Positions 38,073-50,143 are shown, numbered from the stretch's first letter. The stretch: DNA of 64,000 nucleotides from Octopus vulgaris (GCA_951406725.2 OX597828.1:21080001-21144000), one strand, 5' to 3'. The notes: generated by a model from the sequence alone, not told the origin. Numbers and translations are program-made.

Positions 38073-38176
38073 CTAAAGTATAAAAAAAAACAACAACAAT
38101 AAAAAAAACCATGGTGATATTGTCATCATTGATTTTGGTTGTGTGTAGTACAAAATATCTGCTTGAACAAGTAGTG

Positions 38177-38650
38177 TTTGTGTGTGTGTGTGTGTAGCTG
38201 TGTGTGTGTAGTTGAGTGTATGTATGTGTGTGTACATGCGCATGTATGCACTTGTGTGATTGTATGTATGTATGTGTGTGTTAGCGTGGCTGAGTGTGTG
38301 TGTGTGTGGCTGAATGTATGCATGTGTGTGTGTGGGTGCGTGTGTGTGTGGCTGAGTGTGTGTATGTATGTGTGTCTGTGTGTAGCTGAGAGTGTGTGAC
38401 TGAGTGGTTGAGTGTGTGACTGAGTGGTTGAGTGTATGTACATATGTGTCTGTGTGTGTGTGTCGCTGATTGTAAATGTGTGTGGAGGGGGGCTGAGTGT
38501 GTGTGTATGTGTGTGCTTGTGTGGTTGAGTGTGTGTGTGTGTGGGGCTGAGTGTGTGTGCTTGTGTGTATTTGAGTGTGTGAGTGCATAGTTGTGTGTCT
38601 CTGTGTGTGACAGAGCATGAGAGTGTGTGTGCCTGTATGTGCATGTGGAC
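38177..38650. repeat. GT-rich degenerate minisatellite (gctgagtgtgtg units)
   Basis: Recurring (g/t)tgagtgtg units within (GT)n. Confidence 0.8.
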
Positions 38651-39932
38651 ACTATCAAATTCTTAGTAGAAGGGTATTGTACACACATGCATAAAACAAA
38701 GCCCACAAGGGTTACTGTAGGTTCAGTTGAGAGACGTGTATAACAACATACAAACTCGAATCCACACACAGATACAAACATACCCATCACTACTACAGCC
38801 ATATGCTGTGGAAAACCATGCATACATACATGGATATATACACACATACACACACACAAGCACACAGGGAACAAGAACCATAAACAATGCACAATGTCAC
38901 ACACACACATTTTGAATTAGATATGTACACACAGAGACAGCAACCCACGTACACAAACACACAGAGCCATCTCAGTAGCCCTAGAGGTTCCTGGGAAGAT
39001 CATTGTCCTGTGGCATAAAGTATTTATTGATAGTAAACCGGAGTATATAGAGAACAGAATTGAGCCCCTAAGCCACTGTCCAGGGTACCCATACCTCCTG
39101 ACAGTACTGCACATACTCACAAAGAAGGCATGAGAGAGAGAGAGAGCTGTAGAGTACAGATAATAAATAAATAAAATAAAAAAAACTGGCAGCGGCTGTG
39201 TGGTAAGTAGCTTACTAACCAACCACATGGTTCTGGGTTCAGTCCCACTGCGTGGCAGCTTGGGCAAGTGTCTTCTACTATTGCCACTAGCCGACCTAAG
39301 CCTTGTGAGTGGATTTGGTACATGGAAACTGTAAAGAAGCCTGTCATATATATATATATGTGTGTGTGTGTGTTTCTTTATTACCCACAAGGGGCTAAAC
39401 ATAGAAGAGACAAACAAGGACAGACAAATGGATTAAGTCCATTACATTGACCCTGGTGCATAACTGGTACTTAATTTATTGACCCTGAAAGGATGAAAGG
39501 CAAAGTCAACCTCGGCGGAATTTGAACTCAGAACCTAACAGCAGACGAAATATGGCTACGCATTTCACTCGGCGTGATAACGGTTCTGCCAGCTCGCCAT
39601 GTTTGTCCCCCTCCCCACCATCGCTTGACAAACGATGTTGGTGTGTTTATGTCCTGTAACTTACCAGTTTGACAAAAGAGACTGATAGAGTAAGTACTAG
39701 GCTTACGAAGAATAAGTCCTGGGGTCGATATTTAGTCGACTAAAGGCGGTGCTCCAGCATGGCTACAGTCAAATGACTGAAACAAATAAAAGAATAAAAT
39801 CACACATACACAACCACACATGCATAGACACAGACACAACCACACACCATAGAGTAGAGAATGGTGTAGCATCCAGAAATTTAAAAAAAAAAGGAGAACA
39901 AAAAATAAGAGAAAAAAAGAAAACCAATTTAC

Positions 39933-40029
39933 CAGTTCCACATCCAGAATTTTAGGTTTCTGTGGAAGTAAAACATTTTTTTTGTAGAGTGGATCTGCAT
40001 TGCGCTGTTTCACATCCATTTCTTGGAGT
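39933..40029 (-). CDS. SNAPC3: SNAPC3 exon
   Basis: ctaatctcag|A CTC...CTG|gtaaat. Translates LQEMDVKQRNADPLYKKNVLLPQKPKILDVEL, phase 2 to 0. Confidence 0.75.
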
Positions 40030-40084
40030 CTGAGATTAGTTAAAGATTGAATATATATATACATATATCATCATCATTTTTGTC

Positions 40085-40602
40085 ATTTACATTATTTACA
40101 TTTGACAGATATTTGTCCTCATCTTGTTTGTTGTTAACACAATATTTCGGCTGATATACCTTCCAGGTTTCATCAGGTGTCTTGGGGGAAATTTCAAACC
40201 TGGGTTCTCATTCCTAAGATATTTTTTGATGTTATTATTATTATTATTCGTATTCAGGTTACTGCTTTGAATCTAACTCGGAATCTTGGGTTTAGTAGCC
40301 CACGCTCTTAACCACAACGCCATATTCTGAGTTCGATTCCAGGCAGTGACCTGAACAACAACAGCAACAGCAGCAGCAGCAGCAGCAACAGCAACAACAA
40401 CAACATTAACATTGAAAAATACCTTAGGAATGAGAACCCAGGTTCGAAATTTCTCCAAGACACCTGATGAAGGCTGGAGGGTATATCAGCCGAAACATTG
40501 TGTTAACAACAAACAAGATGAGGACAAATATCTGTCAAATGTAAATAATGTAAATAATTACATAATTCATCATCTCTTAAATATAGAACTGTATTTTTGT
40601 CA
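40085..40602. mobile_element. Head-to-head inverted pair of the hammerhead-bearing element (minus copy 40085-40322, plus copy 40323-40602)
   Basis: The two arms are reverse complements. HHR motifs at 40136-40181(-) and 40459-40504(+). Confidence 0.8.
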
Positions 40603-42507
40603 TTGTTTGAACATGAAATTTTTCCATGCTTGCATGGAAAAGTGATAGGAAATATAGAGAGTAACCAAAGAATAGAAAGGGACAGAGTTTATTGGGGCAG
40701 AGTTTCAATGGCCAGATTCCCTTTCCTGTTACCAACCCATTGTGGAGGCACATGACTTGGATGGAAGCACTCCGTTGGTTACGACGACGAGCGTTCCGGT
40801 TGATCCGAATCAACGGAACAGCCTGCTCGTGAAATTAACGTGTAAGTGGCTGAGCACTCCACAGACACGTGTACCCTTAAAGTAGTTCTCGGGGATATTC
40901 AGCGTGACACAGAGAGTGACAAGGCCGGCCATTTGAAATACAGGTACAACAGAAACAGGAAGTAAGAGTGAGAGAAAGTTGTGGTGAAAGAGTACAGCAG
41001 GGATCACCACCATCCCCTGCCGGAGCCTCGTGGAGCTTTAGGTGTTTTCGCTCAATAAACACTCACAACGCCCGGTCTGGGAATCGAAACCGCGAGTCCG
41101 CTGCCCTAACCACTGGGCCATTGCGCCTCCACTGAGGCACATGACTTAACCCTTTTGTTACTGTATTTATTTTGAGATGATCTGTGTTGTGTTTCTTTCA
41201 ATTAATTTTAAATATAACAAAGAATTTAGTAAAATAACTTAGTTATCATTAAGCTGGTGTTAGGAACATAAATTGCGACGAAGGTTTGGTGGAAGATTTT
41301 AATTCAGAACTTATGGGAATGAGACATCTGTACCACAGAGCCAGAGCCAGTTTCAGCCGGGTTGGTAACAAAAGGGTTAAAGTGTTGGACTCATGATTGT
41401 AAGGTTGTGGTTTCGATTCCTGGACTGAGTGGTGTGTTGAGTTCTTGAGCAAAATACTTCATTTCACATTGCTCCAATCTACTCAGCTGGCAAAAATGAG
41501 TAATCTTGTGAGAGATCAGCTTCCAGTTCCCGGTGGAATGTCTATCTATCCATTCATCTACCTGTCTATGTATGTGTATTATCTATCTATCTATCCCTCG
41601 ATCTGCCTATGTATGTGTGTGTGTGTATGTCTGTCTATCTATCTATCTACAAACGCATCATCATCATGATAGACTGCTTTCAGGTTTCTGTTGGCCAAAT
41701 CCACACACAAGGCTATAGAAGACATGTGTCCAAAGTGCCACATAGTGGGACTGAACTTGAGATCACATGGTTGGAAAGCAAGTTTCTTAGCCACACCGCT
41801 ATGCTCATGCTAATCTATCTATCTACCAATATCTGCCCTTTTGTCGAGTATCAATTTGTGGTTGGTGTTAGGAAGGGCATCCAGCTGTGGAAACCTTGCC
41901 AGATTAGATTGGAGCCTGGTACAGCCTTCTGGCTTGCCAGCCCTCAGTCAAACCGTCCAACGCATGCCAGCATGGAAAGTGGACATTAAATAACGATGAT
42001 GATGAGTATTAACATATAGAATAATATTTACAATATTTTACCACGAAAGCTAAAAAAACATGTTTTTACTGTCAAATAAAAAAAAAATCATTAAAAACCA
42101 ACCCTCTGCTGAACCAAACACATTTACTCTTTTACTTGTTTCAGTCAATTGACTGTGGCCATGCTGGAGCACTGCCTTTAGTCAAGCAAATCGACCCCAG
42201 GACTTATTCTTTGTAAGCCTAGTACTTATTCTATCAGTCTTTTTTGCCGAACCACTAAGTTACGGGGATGTAAACACACCAGCAGTAGAAGTAGTAGTAG
42301 TAACAGGAGGAGGAATAGTAGGAATAGTAGTAGTAGTAGTCAAGCACAGGAGTGGCTGTGTGGTAAGTAGCTTACTTACGAACCACATGGTTCCAGGTTC
42401 AGTCCCACTGTGTGGCACCTTGGGCAAGTGTCTTCTACTATAGCCTCGGGCCAACCAAAGCCTTGTGAGTGGATTTGTAAGACGGAAACTGAAAGAAGCC
42501 CGTCATA

Positions 42508-42542
<35 letters not shown>

Positions 42543-42854
42543 GTATATATATGTATGTATGTGTGTGTGTATATGTTTGTTCCCCCAAACATCGCTTGAC
42601 AACCGATGGTGGTGTATCTACATCCTCGAAACTTAGCGGTTCGGCAAAAGAGCCTGATAGAATAATTACTAGGCTTACAATGAATAAATCCTGGGGTCAA
42701 TTTGCTCGACTAAAGGTGGTACTCCAGCATGGCCGCAATCAAATGACTGAAACAAGTAAAAGAGTAGTAGTAGTAGTGACAGCAATGACAGTATAACAAC
42801 AAGAAGAACAACGACCATCACAACAAGAAAAGAAATGGAGAGGAGTAAACTTAC

Positions 42855-42944
42855 TTGACTGACATGAGCTTTACATCATCTGTGAAGATATTCAGACAAG
42901 GGAATCTGGCTTTTATTTCATCTCCAGAAAACAACAACTGGTCA
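42855..42944 (-). CDS. SNAPC3: SNAPC3 exon
   Basis: cttatag|T GAC...GTC AA|gtaagt. Translates DQLLFSGDEIKARFPCLNIFTDDVKLMSV. Confidence 0.78.
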
Positions 42945-43689
42945 CTATAAGAGACAAACAGACAGACAGAGAGAAAGAAGATGTACACATACATACATAC
43001 ATACAAACGTGCACATAATTTTTGGAACAGTGGATCTGGAAGCAGATAAAGCTACAAATAATATAATTATTTCAAATCTTAGCCACAAAGGCAGCTTGGG
43101 GGAGGTGGGGGATGAGACGATGACACTGATGCCCTGTGTTCAACTGGTACCTATTTTATCGATCCCAAAAGGATGAAAGGCAAAGTTGACCTTGGCAGAA
43201 TTTGAACTCAGAACATAAAGACAGACAAAATCCCGCTAAGCATTTCGCCAAGCGTGCTAACGTTTCAGCCGGCTCGCCGTCATATGAAATAATAGTAATA
43301 ATAATTATTATTATTCCACCGGGTTGATAAATTAAGTACCAGTTGCATACTGGGGAAGGGGCGATCAAATCGTCTGGTACCCCCACCCCGCCCCAATTTC
43401 AGGCCTTGTGCGTACAGTAGAAAAGAGTATTGCCAAGTGTAAGGGGGCAAGCTGGCTGAAACATTAGCATGTCGGACAAAAATGCTTAGCGGTATTTCCT
43501 CTGTTTTTACGTTCTGAGTTCAAATTCATCCTTTGTGGGTGTGGAGGCAATAAATTAAGTACTAATTGCGTACTGGCATTGATCTAATCAACTGGCCCCC
43601 TACCCAAAAACTTTCGGGCCTTCTGCCTTGAGTAGAAAAGAATAATAATTATTTAAAATTTTTGCCACAAGGGCAGCTCAGTTACGTTT

Positions 43690-44115
43690 ATATGAACAAA
43701 TAAGTGTATCTGAAGCATGTTTACTTCATGGCACCACCATAATCGTTCGTGCTTCATTTTTCATTTTTTTCCGCAACTCTAACCCTAAAACCCCAACCCC
43801 TTAAAGTTAAAACCAGTACAAACGCACGAACCATGTCATAAATAACAGTGACAAACGAAATATACACCGCCGTAAGTTGTCGTTGACAAACAACAGCATC
43901 AATTTTATTCAGCTGAATACATGCCATTGATTGGTTGAAATTACCAAAATACGACAACTTTCACAAAAAAATATCTTACAAAATACAGAATTTTCTCAAC
44001 AACGCCAAGAGTAAAAGATGTTTTATGCGACACATTCTACCAGTATACGAAGTTTCAAAGTGTTTAGTTACAAAAAATTATTTTTAAAATCTGTCGGTCA
44101 AAAGGTAAAGATGCT
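43690..44115. mobile_element. Divergent relative of the 8-bp-TSD MITE family
   Basis: Shares attgattggttgaaatt...cacattctaccagtatacgaagttt...ttagtta with 12465-12880 and 50144-50561. Confidence 0.6.
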
Positions 44116-44490
44116 ATATTTTTGTTAAAAACGTGGTACTTATTTTATCGGTTTCTTTAGCCGAACTGCTAAGTTACGGGAACGTAAACACACCAACACC
44201 AGTTGACAAACAGTAGTGGGACACAAACACAAAGGTACACACACATTGATATAGTGTACATATACGACAGGCTTCTTTCAGTTTCCGTCCACCACATCCA
44301 TTCACAAGGCTTTGGTCAGTCGAATGCTATAGTAGAAGACACTTGCTCAAGGCTGCTACGCAGTGGAACTGAACCCAGAACCATGTAGTTAGGAAGCAAA
44401 CTTCTTACGCCTTCCAAAATCCCATGTGGACCCCCAAAGGTCATAAGGGCCTTGGTTGAGAACCACTGATATCAGCAAGCTCTAACTCAC

Positions 44491-44702
44491 CTACAATTCA
44501 CAGCTTGTCTGTAATAGTCAGCATCATTTAGGTCCATAGCATCTTGGATGTATTGCTTCTCAGACTTCACAGTACCAAGATCATATTCCGACATTTGCTT
44601 CCAGGATTCGATAAATTCGCTGATTTTAATCAATTCTCCGCTTGTTCCTTGAAAAGGTACTTCACTGGATGCAGAAGGTTTTGAATACTGACGCGTGGCC
44701 AT
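44491..44702 (-). CDS. SNAPC3: SNAPc subunit 3 (SNAP50), first coding exon; acceptor at 44709-44711, ATG at 44702
   Basis: catcag|AAAACT ATG GCC...TGT AG|gtgag. Translates MATRQYSKPS...YIQDAMDLNDADYYRQAVNC; phase 2 fits the next exon. Confidence 0.75.
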
Positions 44703-44883
44703 AGTTTTCTGATGGAACAAGAAATTAAATGAGATTTAGAAATATTCACACAAAAGACTAAGGTTCACAACTTTGTGGATTAAATTTAGTTCGTTAAAAA
44801 AAAAAAAAAGACAACCTTTAAAATATAATTTTGGGATCAGTGTTACTTCGTCGCGTAATTTTAGTTGTTTTATAATTAATATT

Positions 44884-46220
44884 GGCGATCTTTCGTCTCT
44901 AGTAGACCTTGCCGTCGATTTCCGTAAAAATTTTTTTTTTTTTACATATGGGCTTGCGGGAACTTTTGAAGTAATATACATACAGGCGAAGTTTCGCATG
45001 TCGTAGCTCAGATTTCCGTCGATTTCCGTAAAAAACTTTTATTTTTTTACATAAGTAATGAGAGCGAAAGAGACTAAGAGGAAGCGATTTTATGACGAGA
45101 AGGTTTCTCTTTGAAGTCGGCCTGTGTGTGTTTGATGGGGTGTGGAGACAGACAGTATGTTGTGTAAGTGAAGTGCTTCTGTTAGTGTGTGCGAAGAGAC
45201 AGAGAGAGTAATGTGTGAAAGAGAGAGATAACTGATTTTTTACTCGGTGTATGTGTATATGTATGTATGCATGTATGTGTGTGTATGTGTATGTATCTAT
45301 GTATGTGTGTGTGTGTGTAAGTATGTGTGTGTGTATGTATGTATGTATGGCCGATTCATCGTAATTTTTTACTCGGTGTATGTGTATATGTATGTCTGCA
45401 TGTATGTGTGTGTGTGTATGTATGTGTGTGTGTGTATGTATGTATGTGTGTATGTATGTATGGTCGATTCAGTGTAATTTTTTACTCGGTGTATGTGTAT
45501 ATGTATGTCTGCATGTATGTGTGTGTGTGTGTATGTATCTATGTGTGTGTGTAAGTATGTGTGTGTGTATGTATGTATGTATGTGTGTGTGTGTATGTAT
45601 CTATGTATGTGTGTGTGTGTATGTATGTATGTATGGCCGATTCATCGTAATTTTTTACTCGGTGTATGTGTATATGTATGTCTGTCTCTTCGCACACACT
45701 AACAGAAGCACTTCACTTACACAACATACTGTCTGTCTCCCACACCCCATCAAACACACACAGGCCGACTTCAAAGAGAAACCTTCTCGTCATAAAATCG
45801 CTTCCTCTTAGTCTCTTTCGCTCTCATTACTTATGTAAAAAAATAAAAGTTTTTTACGGAAATCGACGGAAATCTGTGCTACTACAACCGAAGTAATATA
45901 CATACATATACACATACACCGAGTAAAAAATTTCAGTTATCTCTTTCTTTCAAACATTACTCTGTCTCTTCACACACACTAACAGAAGCACTTCACTTAC
46001 ACAACATACTGTCTGTCTCCCACACCCCATCAAACACACACACACACACACACACATGTACATCAATGCTTGCCATGCACGGTAACTTCAAAAGAACTTC
46101 CCTCGTCATAAAATGGCTTTCTCTTAGTCTCTTTCGCTCTCATTACTTCAAAAGTTCCCGCAAGCCCATATGTAAAAAAAAAAATTTTACGGAGAGGTCT
46201 ACTAGAGACGAAAGATTGCC
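44884..46220. mobile_element. 1.34-kb foldback element with nested inverted repeats and internal tandem units
   Basis: TIR ggcgatctttcgtctctagtagacct / aggtctactagagacgaaagattgcc. Inner IR at about 45010-45200 versus 45685-45876. Four tttttactcggtgtatgtgtatatgtatg units. Confidence 0.85.
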
Positions 46221-46226
46221 ATAAAT

Positions 46227-46285
<59 letters not shown>

Positions 46286-47983
46286 TTATCTAAAGTGATT
46301 TAGGAATGTTCAAGAACATGCTGCTTCTGCAGTAAACAATATTTCTTCCCATTGACGGTGCTAGGGAAATTCTGTGCATGCGTAGATATTCAGGAAGTTT
46401 AAAAAAAAACAAACTTTTGCAGTGTTAATGGCAGAAAAACCAACAAACCATATATACACGCGCCGAACAGGCTAAATTACTGATGAACTTATTGGTTTAC
46501 ATTTCGATCTTTGGTTATCGATACATACGTCTGCCGATGTAATAATGAAACCAAAACAATAGGGGAAGATATAAAAATACACTTGGGTATTTTAGATAAG
46601 CGAAACGAATATGTAAATGCTTAAAAGTCACTGAAAAACCAAAGATCACGGGTTATATACACACGTATCTATTAAGTACTTAAATAATTAAGTGCTTAAT
46701 TAATTTTCTATATTTTATTTTGATAATGCAGAGAAGAGGTGAAGCGGTGCAATTAAAATTAAGAACAGCAACAGTGGTAAATGTAAAAGTCTGGCGTGGT
46801 TAATCCGAATTATGGAAGCGAAAAATTGAGTATGTGAAAAATATTTAAACCATTCACCTCTTTCTAAAGATTTGCCTTTTTTGTTTGTTTGTTTGTTTTT
46901 TTTTTTATTTTTGAAAATGGTTTTCGGATTTCTTTATTTTAAATATTGGATATTTCACTGTCCAAGATCGAAGAAAATTTATTTCTTCTCTTTCTTTTAC
47001 TGACAAAGTGGCGGTGACCCCCTTCGGTCAGACACTGACCATGGTTTTGCACCTAGAGAGTTACCCTCTGAGGCACAAGTCTGGGCAAGGTTGTTTTTTT
47101 TTTTATGGAAGACCAGCAGTCGCCCATGCATACCGGCCTCCCCTCTCCACGTCACTGATGTTGTCCAAGGGAAAGGCAAGGGCCGATACAGCTTGGCACC
47201 TGTGACGTCGCAACTCATTTCTACAGCTGAGTGAACTGGAGCAACGTGAGATAAAGTGTCTTGCTCAAGAACACAACACGCAGCCCGGTCCGGGATTCGA
47301 GCTCACAACCTCACGATCGTAAGCTCGACGCTCTAACCACTGAGCCACGCGCCTTCACTGACAATGTATACATCGCATCATGTTGAGAAAATATAATTTA
47401 CCATTTACGCATAGTGCCGGGTTGTTTTTATAAGCGATTGTTTTATACGACTGTGACACACACACACCCTTTATCGTATATGTAAACAATATTCCGAATA
47501 TATTTCGTTTTAACACCAATTATCTTATCTTTTATTTATTTCAGTAATTGGACTGTGGCCATGCTGGGGCACCGCCTCGAAGGCTTTTAGCCGAACATAT
47601 CGACCCCATTTCTTATTATTTCTTGTAAAAATCTGAGACTTATTCTTTTGGTCTCCTACCGAACGGCTAATGTTGTGGAGACGTAAACAAACCAATACTG
47701 GTTGTCAGGCGGTAACGTAGTGGTGGTAAGGACAAACACACACACGCATATTTATGTATACAATGAGTTTCCCACTCATTTTCCCTCAACCAAATTCACT
47801 CGTCGGTCAACTCGGGTCTATAGTACAAGAGATTTGCCGAAAGTGCTGTGTAGTGGGACTGAACCTGAAATTATGGAGGTTGCGAAGCGAGCTCCTTAAC
47901 CACACAACCATGCCTCGATATCTACTATATTACATAGACAAAAAAGAAAAACAAACAAACACATGAGTTAGGGTTAGGGTTAA

Positions 47984-48529
47984 CACCTGGCCACACAAAA
48001 GAAAGTGAAATAGGTGCAAAAAAATGTATTAAACGAATGTGAAAACAGAAATTTGTGCCAACGAACCGAGGGAGGGGTGGGGGAGAGGACTTTCAGAAAG
48101 TTCTCAAGATCCGACTTTTTCCCTCGAAACTTTTAGGAAAACGGACATCTTTCAATGAAATTTTATATAAATATCTTTCAAACGTTAATTTTTTTTTCAA
48201 ATTTTTTTCCATTACACTCAAGCAAAAAACATAATTTATGTATTTCTTTCTCTTTGAAAGCCCTCTCCCCATTCCCTCGGAAAAAAAATTCTTCCCCACA
48301 AATTTCTTTATAATTGTAATCTATGCCGTTTGAAAGGTATTTATATAGAATTTCATTAAAAGATACCCATTTTCTTAAAAGTTATGAGGAGAAAAATCGG
48401 ATCTTGTGAAGTTTCCGAAAGTCCTCTCTCCACCTCCCGATTCGTTGGCGCAAATTTTTGCTTTCATATTAGTTTAATACACATCTTTTTACACTTACAA
48501 CACTTTTTCTTTGTTTTGGTGACCGGGTG
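47984..48529. mobile_element. TTAA-flanked element with long (about 200 bp) imperfect TIRs, piggyBac-like
   Basis: ttaa|cacctggccac...gtgaccgggtg|ttaa. Arms 47984-48185 and 48327-48529 are complementary. Confidence 0.75.
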
Positions 48530-49289
48530 TTAAAGTAAACATTAACCAATACATGTATTCCCTAACGATTATAATATTTATTTTAAAAAAATTGTTTCCC
48601 ATAATAGTTTAAGAAGGAGGAAATCAAGTACGGAGTCTTTTTTGGTGCTCATACACTTCAATATTCCTGCTTATCATAAAATGTATTGTCGTCGTCGCCT
48701 AAACAATCTTCCCGCCAACGACTTATTTGTGCAACAGACAGCCTCGAAAGTTAATCAAATAATTTTAACTACGAAAGAAAATATCTTGATATTTGTGTTT
48801 ATCGTTGAATTTTGACGATGAAATTATTCATATATATATATATATATATTATTCTTTTACTTGTTTCATTCATTGGATTGCGGTCATGCTGTGGCACCGC
48901 CTTTAAAGATTTTGGACGAATAAATCGATTCTAATACTTGGTCTCTTTTGCCGGATTGCTAAATTACGGGGACGTAAACAAAACAGCACCGGTTACAAAA
49001 CGGTGTAGGGACGAACAGAAATTATACATGTGAAAAATAGGATAGTTTTCATAGTGGAAACCAAAGTTGTTGAGAATGTTGGAAATTGAAATAGATCTTC
49101 CTGCAAAAGACAGGGAAAAACTTCCGCCCGCCCCACCCATTTTCTCGGAAATTTGTTTATTAAACATTTTTTTTTTTTTGAAAGAAGCTTGTTTTCGGAT
49201 ACGGAGGTTCTGGAAAATTGCCAAAAATCGGCATTGTTAAAATTTCCTCCTTTTTCCTCCATCAGATTCTTCAATTTTGACTTTTCCCC

Positions 49290-49372
49290 TCACCCTTACC
49301 ATAACCCTAAAATCCTAAAACCCTTACCCTAACACTAACCCTAACCCTAACTGTAACGCTAACCGTAACTAC
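49290..49372 (+). repeat. Degenerate interstitial telomere-like (TAACCC)n
   Basis: taaccctaaa..cccttaccctaacactaaccctaaccctaac. Confidence 0.6.
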
Positions 49373-50143
49373 TGAGATGTTTTGAAATTTTTGTCCGAAT
49401 GATAATGTCCATATTTTTCCGTATATTTATAAAAAAACAAATTCTTAAACAAAAATTTTGGGAAATTTTTTCTGAATCATAATTCCGTATTTTTCCGCAT
49501 ATTTTAAAAAAAAAAAAATTTGAAAAAAAGTAAAAAATGAAGGAAATGGGGGTGGGGGTAGGGTGGGAATTTAAAAATGCCGATTTTTTACCAGTTTTTT
49601 TTTTTGCAGATTCGTATTCCCCGTAGCCGAAAAGGTGAGTTTGTATCGAAAAATAAAAATAAATATTTTTAAAGTGTAGGTTTTTTTTTGGGGGGGGGGG
49701 GGGCGGAAATTTTGCCAAAGATAGAACAGAAAAAAAACAACAAAAAATAAAACAAAAACGAAACTGTGTTGTGAAGGTGGGAAAAATAATGTTTTATACA
49801 ATTATTCACTGACACTTGATAGGGTTAAGCATGGCGCCATATTTGAATTCGGTCAGCTTAAAATATTTCATGTTTCGATGCTGCATAGTATTTCAGTGAT
49901 TTATTTCTGAATGGTGGAGGGTTGAAGTTTTTCCCCTCTTTTCAAACTTTTATTTCTACAGGAAGATCTTTGTGTGCGAGATTCGTGCCCTATTTTCTGC
50001 AGAAGATAGGCCTGGAACCAAGTCAACCGAAGAGAGCCATTGAAGGTGATTGTCATGGCAGCTGAAACCAGATCATCGCACTGTTTGACAACCACTGCTG
50101 GTTTGTTTACGTCATTGTAACCTAGTATTGCGATAAAAGATTC

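Noticed and set aside
38073-38910. His/Thr-rich or Val/Cys-rich ORFs of 170-210 aa (also at 45247-45811 and 61623-62050)
   Set aside because: These are translations of (CA/GT)n microsatellites and show no sign of being coding.
38960-39120. Possible SNAPC3 exon or RT fragment
   Set aside because: It is not needed for the SNAPC3 frame, and the GVPQGS/LFSIY-like similarity is too decayed to call.
45237-45680. Regularly spaced repeats resembling a CRISPR array
   Set aside because: This is eukaryotic DNA, the spacers are related microsatellite units inside a foldback element, and there are no cas genes.
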